64,000 bases of DNA from Eledone cirrhosa (Eukaryota), in assembly GCA_964016885.1 (NCBI GenBank), contig OZ024765.1, positions 22,754,001 to 22,818,000 of the forward strand. Reading direction: 5' to 3'. A model generated the notes under the pieces. The model was not told the DNA's origin. It saw nothing but the letters and a program-made list of their open reading frames with translations, and searched no databases. Positions 40,710 through 54,217 of the stretch are shown here, one piece after another (the first letter of the stretch is position 1; each line of letters starts with the position of its first letter). The translations under genes and the position numbers were made by a program.

Positions 40710-40714
40710 ATAAA

Positions 40715-43480
40715 ATCACACACTGTAAAGTGGTAATGTAGGTGTCACAACAAAAAACACCCAGTCCACTCTGTATAGTGGTCGTGTAGGTGTCACAACA
40801 AAAAACACTCAGTCGACTCTGTAAAGTGGTCATGTTGGTGTCACAACAAAAAACACTGAGTCCACTCTGTAAAGAGGTCGTGTAGGTGTCACAACAAAAA
40901 ACACTCAGTCTACACTGTAAAGTGGTCGTGTAGGTGTCACAACAAAAAACACTCAGTCTACACTGTAAAGTGGTCGTGTAGGTGTCACAACAAAAAACAC
41001 CCAGTCTACACTGTAAAGTGGTCGTGTTGGTGTCACAACAAAAAACACCCAGTCGACTCTGTATAGTGGTCGTGTTGGTGTCACAACAAAAAACACCCAG
41101 TTCACTCTGTATAGTGGTCGTGTAGGTGTCACAACAAAAAACACCCAGTCCACTCTGTATAGTGGTCATGTAGGTGTCATAACAAAAAACACTCAGTCGA
41201 CACTGTAAAGAGGTCGTGTAGGTGTCACAACAAAAAACACTCTACACTGTAAAGTGGTCGTGTAGGTGTCACAACAAAAAACACCCAGTCCACTCTGTAA
41301 AGTGGTCATGTAGGTGTCACAACAAAAAACACCCAGTCCACACTGTAAAGTGGTCATGTAGGTGTCACAACAAAAAAACACCCAGTCTACACTGTAAAGT
41401 GGTCGTGTAGGTGTCACAACAAAAAACACTCAGTCGACACTGTAAAGAGGTCGTGTAGGTGTCACAACAAAAAACACTGTCTACACTGTAAAGTGGTCGT
41501 GTAGGTGTCACAACAAAAAACACCCAGTCCACTCTGTAAAGTGGTCATGTAGGTGTCACAACAAAAAACACCCAGTCCACACTGTAAAGTGGTCATGTAG
41601 GTGTCACAACAAAAAAACACCCAGTCTACACTGTAAAGTGGTCGTGTAGGTGTCACAACAAAAAACACCCAGTCTACACTGTAAAGTGGTCGTGTAGGTG
41701 TCACAACAAAAAACACTGTCTACACTGTAAAGTGGTCGTGTAGGTGTCACAACAAAAAACACCCAGTCCACTCTGTAAAGTGGTCATGTAGGTGTCACAA
41801 CAAAAAACACCCAGTCCACACTGTAAAGTGGTCATGTAGGTGTCACAACAAAAAAACACCCAGTCCACTCTGTAAAGTGGTCGTGTAGGTGTCACAACAA
41901 AAAACACTCAGTCGACACTGTAAAGTGGTCATGTTGGTGTCACAACAAAAAACACTGTCTACACTGTAAAGTGGTCGTGTAGGTGTCACAACAAACAACA
42001 CCCAGTCTACACTGTAAAGTGGTCATGTAGGAGTCACAACAAAAAACACTGAGTCTACACTGTAAAGTGGTCGTGTTGGTGTCACAACAAAAAACACCCA
42101 GTCGACTCTGTATAGTGGTCGTGTTGGTGTCACAACAAAAAACACCCAGTCCACTCTGTATAGTGGTCGTGTAGGTGTCACAACAAAAAACACCCAGTCC
42201 ACTCTGTATAGTGGTCATGTAGGTGTCATAACAAAAAACACTCAGTCGACACTGTAAAGAGGTCGTGTAGGTGTCACAACAAAAAACACTCTACACTGTA
42301 AAGTGGTCGTGTAGGTGTCACAACAAAAAACACCCAGTCCACTCTGTATAGTGGTCATGTAGGTGTCATAACAAAAAACACTCAGTCGACACTGTAAAGA
42401 GGTCGTGTAGGTGTCACAACAAAAAACACCCAGTCCACTCTGTATAGTGGTCATGTAGGTGTCACAACAAAAAACACTCTACACTGTAAAGAGGTCGTGT
42501 AGGTGTCACAACAAAAAACACTGTCTACACTGTAAAGTGGTCGTGTAGGTGTCACAACAAAAAACACCCAGTCCACTCTGTAAAGTGGTCATGTAGGTGT
42601 CACAACAAAAAACACCCAGTCCACACTGTAAAGTGGTCATGTAGGTGTCACAACAAAAAACACCCAGTCCACACTGTAAAGTGGTCGTGTAGGTGTCACA
42701 ACAAAAAACACTCAGTCGACACTATAGTGGTCGTGTAGGTGTCACAACAAAAAACACCCAGTCCACACTGTAAAGTGGTCATGTAGGTGTCACAACAAAA
42801 AACACCCAGTCCACACTGTAAAGTGGTCATGTAGGTGTCACAACAAAAAGCACCCAGTCCACACTGTAAAGTGGTCATGTAGGTGTCACAACAAAAAACA
42901 CCCAGTCCACACTGTAAAGTGGTCGTGTAGGTGTCACAACAAAAAACACTCAGTCGACACTGTAAAGTGGTCATGTAGGTGTCACAACAAAAAACACTGT
43001 CTACACTGTAAAGTGGTCGTGTAGGTGTCACAACAAACAACACCCAGTCTACACTGTAAAGTGGTCATGTAGGAGTCACAACAAAAAACACTGAGTCGAC
43101 ACTGTAAAGTGGTCGTGTAGGTGTCACAACAAAAAACACTGAGTCGACACTGTATAGTGGTCATGTAGGTGTCACAACAAAAAACACTGAGTCGACACTG
43201 TATAGTGGTCATGTAGGAGTCACAACAAAAAACACTGAGTCGACACTGTATAGTGGTCGTGTAGGTGTCACAACAAAAAACACTCAGTCGACACTGTAAA
43301 GTGGTCATGTTGGTGTCACAACAAAATACACCCAGTCCACTCTGTAAAGTGGTCGTGTAGGTGTCACAACAAAAAACACTCGGTCTACACTGTAAAGTGG
43401 TCGTGTAGGTGTCACAAAAAAAGACACCCAGTCCACTCTGTATAGTGGTCGTGTAGGTGTCGTGACACAAAGCACCCAAT
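40715..43480. repeat. About 48-bp minisatellite, about 58 copies, contiguous with a retroelement tail (43460-43650)
   Basis: Unit GTAGGTGTCACAACAAAAAACACCCAGTCCACTCTGTAAAGTGGTCGT. Confidence 0.95.
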
Positions 43481-43849
43481 ACTCACTGTAAATGTAGCTG
43501 GTGTTAGGAAGGGCCTCCAGCCATATAAACCAGGCAGAAACAGTCCTATATGAGACACAGTCACCTGACCCAACTTGCTTCTAATGGGACAGACCTGTCT
43601 AACCCATGCTAGCATGGAAAATAGACATTAATCAATGATGGTGATGAAGATGATATATATATATATAGATATATGTATGTAAAAGGTAAACAGAAATAGC
43701 AAAAATCACAGCAGAGCACATAGAAGAAATATATTAGTTTAACACTTGAAATAGCAGGAAAGTAGAGAGTGATGAGGGGAAGGAACAGGGAAAATGAGCA
43801 AATAACCATGTGCTTATTCAGTCAGCCATATATATATATATATATATAC

Positions 43850-44091
43850 GATATTAACAAATGGAAACTATATTTATAAAACCATATTTATTTCATTATA
43901 CATATTTCAAGGATACCATGTTAAATTATGGTATGCTTTCATCAGACAAAATACGTCAATGTTTATTTATAAAACTGATATATATTGTATTTTGTCTGAT
44001 GAAGGCACACCATAATTTAACATGGTATCCTTGAAATATGTATAATGAAATAAATATGGTTTTATAAATATAGTTTCCATTTGTTAATATC
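43850..44091. repeat. Foldback element with about 104-bp arms and about 33-nt loop (Penelope-like)
   Basis: 43850-43953 is the reverse complement of 43987-44091. (TA)n on both sides. Confidence 0.93.
43988..44052 (+). ncRNA. Putative minimal type-I hammerhead ribozyme (mirror copy on - strand at 43888-43952)
   Basis: UAUUUUGU-CUGAUGA-AGGCACACCAU..AUGGUAUCCUU-GAAA-UAUGUA-UA/AUGAAAUA. Stem I is 8 bp with two G-U pairs. Confidence 0.65.
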
Positions 44092-44297
44092 ATATATTTA
44101 CTCCAAATACTTGTCGAGTGCTTTATATCAGTTATAAAAATATTTGCTTGTTGTATCCCAACAATTTAAATAGAACTTTTGCATATATATATATATATAA
44201 TAAATGTGAAGACTAAAATCGAAAGAGGGCTCGATAAGGATAAATATATATCAAATATATAAGAACCCTAGAGCAAATATTTATATATATTTATATA

Positions 44298-44640
44298 TGG
44301 AGGCACATGGCTTAGTGGTTAGAGCATTGGCCTTGCAATCAAAAGGTTGTGAGTTCAATTCTCAGACCGGGTGATGTGTTATTTCCTTGAGCAAGACACT
44401 TTATTTCACATTGCTCCAGTTTACTCAGCTGTAGAAATGAGATGATAGGGACAGGGTCCCTATCATTCCACTGCAAAGTGGTCGTGGAGGTGCCACGGCA
44501 AAAAAGCACCCAGCACTCACTGTAAATGAGGTTGGTGTTAGGAAGGGCATCCAGCTGTAGAAATCAAGCCAGAATCAGTTCCCGTCCCACCCTTGCAAGC
44601 AGGGAAAAGCGGACGTAAAATGATGATGATGATGATGATA
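44298..44640 (+). mobile_element. Full-length SINE family A
   Basis: Near-identical to 23063-23410. Confidence 0.9.
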
Positions 44641-44826
44641 TAAATGTGTGTGTGTGGTTCATGGCTGAGAGAAAAGAGTACTCAATACCGGAGTAGAGTT
44701 TTAATATTCATTTTATTAAGGGATTTGAACTCAGAATGTAAAGCAACATAAGTATAAGCCACTAAGCATGTCTGAAGCTCTACCGATTCTGTCAATGTTT
44801 TTTTTCTTAATCTTTTATTTAAGCAG

Positions 44827-44972
44827 TGGTTCGCAACTTACTGACCAACCCAGGTCACCTCTCGCACTCCTCACCTTCCATTAGGAATGACAATATTTCC
44901 TACACTGTTTGGAATTTTGGGGAACTCCGAGTGTTGGTCCGCTCCAGATATCACGCTGTGAGAAACAAAAAG
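44827..44972 (+). CDS. ICE2: ICE2 exon (NISYTVWNFGELRVLVRSRYH), start of the conserved C-terminal domain
   Basis: Pyrimidine tract plus AAGCAG acceptor, AAG|GTAGGT donor, phase consistent. Confidence 0.85.
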
Positions 44973-45044
44973 GTAGGTGGGGTTGTCTTTTATAGTTTGT
45001 GGGGTTTGGGGAGGGTTTGTAAGGTCTTTGGGCTTTTCTGGTGC

Positions 45045-45530
45045 CACAATAAAATACACCCAGTACACTCTGTAAGGTGGTAGTACTGGTGTCATGATAT
45101 AATACACCCAGTACACTCTGTAAAGTGGTAGTGTTGGTGTCATGATATAATACACCCAGTACACTCTGTAAAGCGGTAGTGTTGGTGTCATGATATAATA
45201 CACCCAGTACACTCTGTAAAGTGGTAGTGATGATGTCATGATAAAATACACCCAGTACACTCTGTAAAGTGGTAGTGTTGGTGTCTTGATAAAATACACC
45301 CAGTACACTCTGTAAAGCGGTAGTGTTGGTGTCATGATAAAATACACCCAGTACACTCTGTAAAGCGGTAGTGTTGGTGTCATGATAGACTACACCCAGT
45401 ACACTCTGTAAAGTGGTAGTGTTGGTGTCATGATAGAATACACCCGGTACCCTCTGTAAAGTGGTAGTGTTGGTGTCATGATAGACTACACCCGGTACAC
45501 TCTGTAAAGTGGTAGTACTGGTGTCATAAC
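45045..45530. repeat. 48-bp minisatellite, about 10 copies
   Basis: Unit nearly the same as 27062-27650. Confidence 0.95.
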
Positions 45531-45756
45531 AAGATACATGTGTGTATATATATTAAGAATCGAAGTCAGTGTTGCAGCATATGTACAAACTTTATTGACA
45601 TATTACAATTGTTTTAATATCGATCAGCTCAGGGTATAATCAAGGTGATAGGGCACCACATATAAACTCGCAAATTTGATGAGATGTCGAAAAATAATCT
45701 GAAACCGCTGCTCTAACATCTTCATTTTTATCATATTTTTGTCTTTCTTTTTCCAG

Positions 45757-45889
45757 AAGAAACATTATCTTCATCTTCTGCCAAAGTTGGAATATCAGAG
45801 CAAGTTTGGTTATGAGGAGACAACTCAGGATGAACTTAGCAAGATGTGGGTTGCCTCCCTTATCCGAAAGGAAATTCCTATTTTGAAAG
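45757..45889 (+). CDS. ICE2: ICE2 exon (LLPKLEYQSKFGYEETTQDELSKMWVASLIR)
   Basis: Resembles the NARG2_C motif LPKVEYQACYGVEALTESELCRLW (recalled). Canonical splice sites. Confidence 0.9.
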
Positions 45890-45936
45890 GTTTGTCTTGA
45901 CCCATTTATTTTTCACGCAGACACAAACATACATAT

Positions 45937-46020
45937 ACAGTAGTCCCCGCTATTCGCGGGGGTTACGTTCCTACAACACCGCGAATATTGGACGTGGTCC
46001 ATAAAAATGCCTTTGAGAAC
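45937..46020. mobile_element. Tc1/pogo-type MITE fragment
   Basis: TA-CAGTAGTCCCCGCTATTCGCGGGGG terminus. Related fragments at 17965-18040 and 62590-62620. Confidence 0.5.
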
Positions 46021-46201
46021 AATACTTATCAGTATGAAAGGCCAAAATTTTGGGCAGATATGGCCGGTTTAAATGCTAAAGGGTTAAACTTGTTAAAGAT
46101 AAAGACCGAAATTTAAGTAAAATATTTAATGTAATTTATTTTCTAAATTTGTATACTCTTTTTTTTAGTTTATTAATTAATTTATTTTATTTTATGTCTA
46201 G

Positions 46202-46277
46202 TTCGCATTGATGCATTTACCTCTGAGATCCTGATGTACGAGACTTGTAGCTTCCAGCAAATTCTACAGAAATTCAA
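46202..46277 (+). CDS. ICE2: ICE2 exon (VRIDAFTSEILMYE)
   Basis: IDAFTS motif. Phase 1 in, phase 2 out. Confidence 0.9.
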
Positions 46278-46394
46278 GTAAATTATATTTTAAAATTATT
46301 TTTGTTCATATTGCTGTTGTTGTTGTTGAAGATGCGAGCCCCTAGCTTACCCAAGTAGACCACCAACACAAGAGGAGGTTTTCATACCATTCCT

Positions 46395-49300
46395 ATCACC
46401 AACCACTTTACAGAGTGTACTGGGTGCATCTATCATGTTGATCACCAACCACTTTACAGAGTGTACTGGGAGTATTTATCATGTTGATCACCAACCACTT
46501 TACAGAGTGTACTGGGAGTATTTATCATGTTGATCACCAACCACTTTACAGAGTGTACTGGGTGCATCTATCATGTTGATCACCAACCACTTTACAGAGT
46601 GTACTGGGAGTATTTATCATGTTGATCACCAACCATTTTACAGAGTGTACTGGGAGTATTTATCATGTTGATCACCAACCACTTTACAGAGTGTACTGGG
46701 TGTATTTATTATGTTGATCACCAACCACTTTACAGAGTGTACTGGGTGTATTTATCATGTTGATCACCAACCACTTTACAGAGTGTACTGGGTGTATTTA
46801 TCATGTTGATCACCAACCACTTTACAGAGTGTACTGGGTGTATTTATCATGTTGATCACCAACCACTTTACAGAGTGTACTGGGTGTATTTATCATGTTG
46901 ATCACCAACCACTTTACAGAGTGTACTGGGTGTATTTATCATGTTGATCACCAACCACTTTACAGAGTGTACTGGGAGTATTTATCATGTTGATCACCAA
47001 CCACTTTACAGAGTGTACTGGGTGTATTTATTATGTTGATCACCAACCACTTTACAGAGTGTACTGGGTGTATTTATCATGTTGATCACCAACCACTTTA
47101 CAGAGTGTACTGGGTGTATTTATCATGTTGATCACCAACCACTTTACAGAGTGTACTGGGTGTATTTATCATGTTGATCACCAACCACTTTACAGAGTGT
47201 ACTGGGTGTATTTATCATGTTGATCACCAACCACTTTACAGAGTGTACTGGGTGTATTTATCATGTTGATCACCAACCACTTTACAGAGTGTACTGGGAG
47301 TATTTATCATGTTGATCACCAACCACTTTACAGAGTGTACTGGGTGTATTTATTATGTTGATCACCAACCACTTTACAGAGTGTACTGGGTGTATTTATC
47401 ATGTTGATCACCAACCACTTTACAGAGTGTACTGGGTGTATTTATCATGTTGATCACCAACCACTTTACAGAGTGTACTGGGTGTATTTATCATGTTGAT
47501 CACCAACCACTTTACAGAGTGTACTGGGTGCATCTATCATGTTGATCACCAACCACTTTACAGAGTGTACTGGGTGTATTTATCATGTTGATCACCAACC
47601 ACTTTACAGAGTGTACTGGGAGTATTTATCATGTTGATCACCAACCACTTTACAGAGTGTACTGGGTGTATTTATTATGTTGATCACCAACCACTTTACA
47701 GAGTGTACTGGGTGTATTTATCATGTTGATCACCAACCACTTTACAGAGTGTACTGGGTGTATTTATCATGTTGATCACCAACCACTTTACAGAGTGTAC
47801 TGGGAGTATTTATCATGTTGATCACCAACCACTTTACAGAGTGTACTGGGTGTATTTATGTTGATCACCAACCACTTTACACAGTGTACTGGGAGTATTT
47901 ATCATGTTGATCACCAACCACTTTACAGAGTGTACTGGGTGCATCTATCATGTTGATCACCAACCACTTTACAGAGTGTACTGGGTGTATTTATGTTGAT
48001 CACCAACCACTTTACAGAGTGTACTGGGAGTATTTATCATGTTGATCACCAACCACTTTACAGAGTGTACTGGGTGTATTTATGTTGATCACCAACCACT
48101 TTACAGAGTGTACTGGGAGTATTTATCATGTTGATCACCAACCACTTTACAGAGTGTACTGGGTGTATTTATGTTGATCACCAACCACTTTACAGAGTGT
48201 ACTGGGTGTATTTATGTTGATCACCAACCACTTTACAGAGTGTACTGGGAGTGTTTATCATGTTGATCACCAACCACTTTACAGAGTGTACTGGGTGTAT
48301 TTATGTTGATCACCAACCACTTTACAGAGTGTACTGGGAGTATTTATCATGTTGATCACCAACCACTTTACAGAGTGTACTGGGTGCATCTATCATGTTG
48401 ATCACCAACCACTTTAAAGAGTGTACTGGGTGTATTTATCATGTTGATCACCAACCACTTTAGAGTGTACTGGGTGTATTTATCATGTTGATCACCAACC
48501 ACTTTACAGAGTGTACTGGGTGTATTTATCATGTTGATCACCAACCACTTTACAGAGTGTACTGGGTGTATTTATCATGTTGATCACCAACCACTTTACA
48601 GAGTGTACTGGGTGTATTTATATTGATCACCAACCACTTTACAGAGTGTACTGGGTGTATTTATCATGTTGATCACCAACCACTTTACAGAGCGTACTGG
48701 GTGCATCTATCATGTTGATCACCAACCACTTTACAGAGTGTACTGGGTGTATTTATCATGTTGATCACCAACCACTTTACAGAGTGTACTGGGTGCATCT
48801 ATCATGTTGATCACCAACCACTTTACAGAGTGTACTGGGTGCATCTATCATGTTGATCACCAACCACTTTACAGAGTGTACTGGGTGTATTTATCATGTT
48901 GATCACCAACCACTTTACAGAGTGTACTGGGTGTATTTATCATGTTGATCACCAACCACTTTACAGAGTGTACTGGGTGTATTTATCATGTTGATCACCA
49001 ACCACTTTACAGAGTGTACTGGGTGTATTTATCATGTTGATCACCAACCACTTTACAGAGTGTACTGGGTGTATTTATCATGTTGATCACCAACCACTTT
49101 ACAGAGTGTACTGGGTGTATTTATCATGTTGATCACCAACCACTTTACAGAGTGTACTGGGTGTATTTATCATGTTGATCACCAACCACTTTACAGAGTG
49201 TACTGGGTGTATTTATCATGTTGATCACCAACCACTTTACAGAGTGTACTGGGTGTATTTATCATGTTGATCACCAACCACTTTACAGAGTGTACTGGGT

Positions 49301-52300
49301 GCATCTATCATGTTGATCACCAACCACTTTACAGAGTGTACTGGGTGTATTTATCATGTTGATCACCAACCACTTTAAGGAGTGTACTGGGTGCATCTAT
49401 CATGTTGATCACCAACCACTTTACAGAGTGTACTGGGTGCATCTATCATGTTGATCACCAACCACTTTACAGAGTGTACTGGGTGCATCTATCATGTTGA
49501 TCACCAACCACTTTACAGAGTGTACTGGGTGTATTTATCATGTTGATCACCAACCACTTTACAGAGTGTACTGGGAGTATTTATCATGTTGATCACCAAC
49601 CACTTTACAGAGTGTACTGGGTGTATTTATCATGTTGATCACCAACCACTTTACAGAGTGTACTGGGTGTATTTATCATGTTGATCACCAACCACTTTAC
49701 AGAGTATACTGGGTGTATTTATGTTGATCACCAACCACTTTACAGAGTGTACTGGGTGCATCTATCATGTTGATCACCAACCACTTTACAGAGTGTACTG
49801 GGTGTATTTATGTTGATCACCAACCACTTTACAGAGTGTACTGGGAGTATTTATCATGTTGATCACCAACCACTTTACAGAGTGTACTGGGTGCATCTAT
49901 CATGTTGATCACCAACCACTTTACAGAGTGTACTGGGTGTATTTATCATGTTGATCACCAACCACTTTACAGAGTGTACTGGGTGTATTTATCATGTTGA
50001 TCACCAACCACTTTACAGAGTGTACTGGGTGTACTTATCATGTTGATCACCAACCACTTTACAGAGTGTACTGGGTGTATTTATCATGTTGATCACCAAC
50101 CACTTTACAGAGTGTACTGGGAGTATTTATCATGTTGATCACCAACCACTTTACAGAGTGTACTGGGTGTATTTATCATGTTGATCACCAACCACTTTAC
50201 AGAGTGTACTGGGTGTATTTATCATGTTGATCACCAACCACTTTACAGAGTGTACTGGGTGCATCTATCATGTTGATCACCAACCACTTTACAGAGTGTA
50301 CTGGGTGTATTTATCATGTTGATCACCAACCACTTTACAGAGTGTACTGGGTGTATTTATCATGTTGATCACCAACCACTTTACAGAGTGTACTGGGTGC
50401 ATCTATCATGTTGATCACCAACCACTTTACAGAGTGTACTGGGTGTATTTATCATGTTGATCACCAACCACTTTACAGAGTGTACTGGGTGTATTTATCA
50501 TGTTGATCACCAACCACTTTACAGAGTGTACTGGGTGTATTTATCATGTTGATCACCAACCACTTTACAGAGTGTACTGGGAGTATTTATAATGTTGATC
50601 ACCAACCACTTTACAGAGTGTACTGGGTGCATCTATCATGTTGATCACCAACCACTTTACAGAGTGTACTGGGAGTATTTATAATGTTGATCGCCAACCA
50701 TTTTACAGAGTGTACTGGGTGTATTTATCATGTTGATCACCAACCACTTTACAGAGTGTACTGAGTGTATTTATCATGTTGATCACCAACCACTTTACAG
50801 AGTGTACTGGGTGTATTTATCATGTTGATCACCAACCACTTTACAGAGTGTACTGGGTGTATTTATCATGTTGATCACCAACCACTTTACAGAGTGTACT
50901 GGGTGTATTTATCATGTTGATCACCAACCACTTTACAGAGTGTACTGGGTGTATTTATCATGTTGATCACCAACCACTTTACAGAGTGTACTGGGTGTAT
51001 TTATCATGTTGATCACCAACCACTTTACAGAGTGTACTGGGTGTATTTATCATGTTGATCACCAACCACTTTACAGAGTGTACTGGGTGTATTTATGTTG
51101 ATCACCAACCACTTTACAGAGTGTACTGGGTGTATTTATCATGTCGATCACCAACCACTTTACAGAGTGTACTGGGTGCATCTATCATGTTGATCACCAA
51201 CCACTTTACAGAGTGTACTGGGTGTATTTATCATGTTGATCACCAACCACTTTACAGAGTGTACTGGGTGTATTTATCATGTTGATCACCAACCACTTTA
51301 CAGAGTGTACTGGGTGTATTTATCATGTTGATCACCAACCACTTTACAGAGTGTACTGGGTGTATTTATCATGTTGATCACCAACCACTTTACAGAGTGT
51401 ACTGGGTGTATTTATCATGTTGATCACCAACCACTTTACAGAGTGTACTGGGTGTATTTATCATGTTGATCACCAACCACTTTACAGAGTGTACTGGGTG
51501 TATTTATCATGTTGATCACCAACCACTTTACAGAGTGTACTGGGTGTATTTATCATGTTGATCACCAACCACTTTACAGAGTGTACTGGGTGCATCTATC
51601 ATGTTGATCACCAACCACTTTACAGAGTGTACTGGGTGCATCTATCATGTTGATCACCAACCACTTTACAGAGTGTACTGGGAGTATTTATCATGTTGAT
51701 CACCAACCACTTTACAGAGTGTACTGGGTGTATTTATCATGTTGATCACCAACCACTTTACAGAGTGTACTGGGTGTATTTATCATGTTGATCACCAACC
51801 ACTTTACACAGTGTACTGGGTGTATTTATCATGTTGATCACCAACCACTTTACAGAGTGTACTGGGTGTATTTATCATGTTGATCACCAACCACTTTACA
51901 GAGTGTACTGGGTGTATTTATCATGTTGATCACCAACCACTTTACAGAGTGTACTGGGTGTATTTATCATGTTGATCACCAACCACTTTACACAGTGTAC
52001 TGGGTGTATTTATCATGTTGATCACCAACCACTTTACAGAGTGTACTGGGTGTATTTATCATGTTGATCACCAACCACTTTACAGAGTGTACTGGGTGTA
52101 TTTATCATGTTGATCACCAACCACTTTACAGAGTGTACTGGGAGTATTTATCATGTTGATCACCAACCACTTTACAGAGTGTACTGGGCGTATTTATGTT
52201 GATCACCAACCACTTTACAGAGTGTACTGGGTGCATCTATCATGTTGATCACCAACCACTTTACAGAGTGTACTGGGTGTATTTATCATGTTGATCACCA

Positions 52301-53248
52301 ACCACTTTACAGAGTGTACTGGGTGCATCTATCATGTTGATCACCAACCACTTTACAGAGTGTACTGGGAGTATTTATCATGTTGATCACCAACCACTTT
52401 ACAGAGTGTACTGGGTGCATCTATCATGTTGATCACCAACCACTTTACAGAGTGTACTGGGTGTATTTATGTTGATCACCAACCACTTTACAGAGTGTAC
52501 TGGGTGTATTTATCATGTTGATCACCAACCACTTTACAGAGTGTACTGGGTGTATTTATGTTGATCACCAACCACTTTACAGAGTGTACTGGGTGTATTT
52601 ATCATGTTGATCACCAACCACTTTACAGAGTGTACTGGGTGTATTTATGTTGATCACCAACCACTTTACAGAGTGTACTGGGAGTATTTATCATGTTGAT
52701 CACCAACCACTTTACAGAGTGTACTGGGAGTATTTATCATGTTGATCACCAACCACTTTACAGAGTGTACTGGGTGTATTTATCATGTTGATCACCAACC
52801 ACTTTACAGAGTGTACTGGGTGTATTTATCATGTTGATCACCAACCACTTTACAGAGTGTACTGGGTGTATTTATCATGTTGATCACCAACCACTTTACA
52901 GAGTGTACTGGGTGTATTTATCATGTTGATCACCAACCACTTTACAGAGTGTACTGGGTGCATCTATCATGTTGATCACCAACCACTTTACAGAGTGTAC
53001 TGGGTGTATTTATCATGTTGATCACCAACCACTTTACAGAGTGTACTGGGTGCATCTATCATGTTGATCACCAACCACTTTACAGAGTGTACTGGGTGTA
53101 TTTATCATGTTGATCACCAACCACTTTACAGAGTGTACTGGGTGTATTTATCATGTTGATCACCAACCACTTTACAGAGTGTACTGGGTGTATTTATCAT
53201 GTTGATCACCAACCACTTTACAGAGTGTACTGGGCGTATTTATCATGT
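46395..53248. repeat. 46-bp minisatellite (with 43-bp variants), about 150 copies
   Basis: Unit ATCACCAACCACTTTACAGAGTGTACTGGGTGTATTTATCATGTTG. Confidence 0.98.
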
Positions 53249-53639
53249 AAGAGCACCAGTACTAGGGAGGTTGCCATATTTTGACATGACTGAAGGGTCC
53301 TCTCGACCCTTTATTTGGCAGACTATGGCCCTTCCTATCACAAACCACTAGGGGAGCTGTTATATCCTTGATGCGGCTGAAGTGTCCTCGCAACCTTTTG
53401 TTTGTTTGCTTAAGAAGCTCTCCATGACTGGATGAAGCCCTTACTTATCACCAGCCACTTGATGGACGCTGAGAGGGGCTGAAGTAGTGAAGTTGAGAAT
53501 AACTGTTAGGGAGTGCTAGTGGACCGGTTAGGGTTTAGACCTTGGGAGAGGAGCCCCTCATACACAACGTCCCCCTCCCCACCAGTTTTACATATCAAAG
53601 TCAGCTTGGTACAAGTAATTGGAATTGAAAAGTTATACA

Positions 53640-53860
53640 TAAAAGGGTCGATCGACTTTCGTCAAATCGGACCGAGGAAACAATTTTTTCGTCAGTCTTT
53701 CCAGTTGCTAGTACTATCTATCGGTCGCAACTCCAGGTAGAAGGAGCAACGTGAAATAAAGTGTCTTGCTCAAGGACATAACGCATTGCCCGGTCCAGGA
53801 ATCGAACTCACAATCTCAAGATTGTGAATCCAATTCTCTAACCACTCAGCCACACGCCTT
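53640..53860 (-). mobile_element. tRNA-derived SINE related to family A
   Basis: - strand reads GTGGCTGAGTGGTTAG...GAGTTCGATTCC...CCTTGAGCAAGACAC. Confidence 0.75.
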
Positions 53861-54154
53861 CTAGTTATACATACAGGAATTAAATTGAAAACTTCTAACC
53901 ATCGTAAAACTAAGACGCCCAGCTGAAGGCACAAATAAATTGTTATGGCTGTCACTGGTGGGGGCCCGGGGTAATTGCCTCCTTTGCTCCCCATTAAATC
54001 CTTCCCTACAAGTAGAGGGTCAAATCAGGTTGGGTCTTCTTCAGCCCTCTTTAGGTCTTTAGACATTTCTGTTGAAAGGTTTAGCTTTGTAAAGTCAGCC
54101 CTTACAACAATTACTGCGATGTTACAGGTCCCTTTATTTCTTCTGTCGTTCCAG

Positions 54155-54205
54155 CCCCGTCCACTCTAATACCTTCACGTATAATCTGTTCTGCAAACTG
54201 CAAAG
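54155..54205 (+). CDS. ICE2: ICE2 51-nt exon (PVHSNTFTYNLFCKLQ)
   Basis: TTCCAG acceptor and AG|GTAAGA donor. Phase 2/2 fills the gap between the neighbouring exons. Confidence 0.8.
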
Positions 54206-54217
54206 GTAAGAAAAGAT

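Noticed and set aside
45590-45715. Further hammerhead-like traces (also 20780-20840)
   Set aside because: Only partial motifs such as AAACAATTGTA are present. The core and stems cannot be completed.
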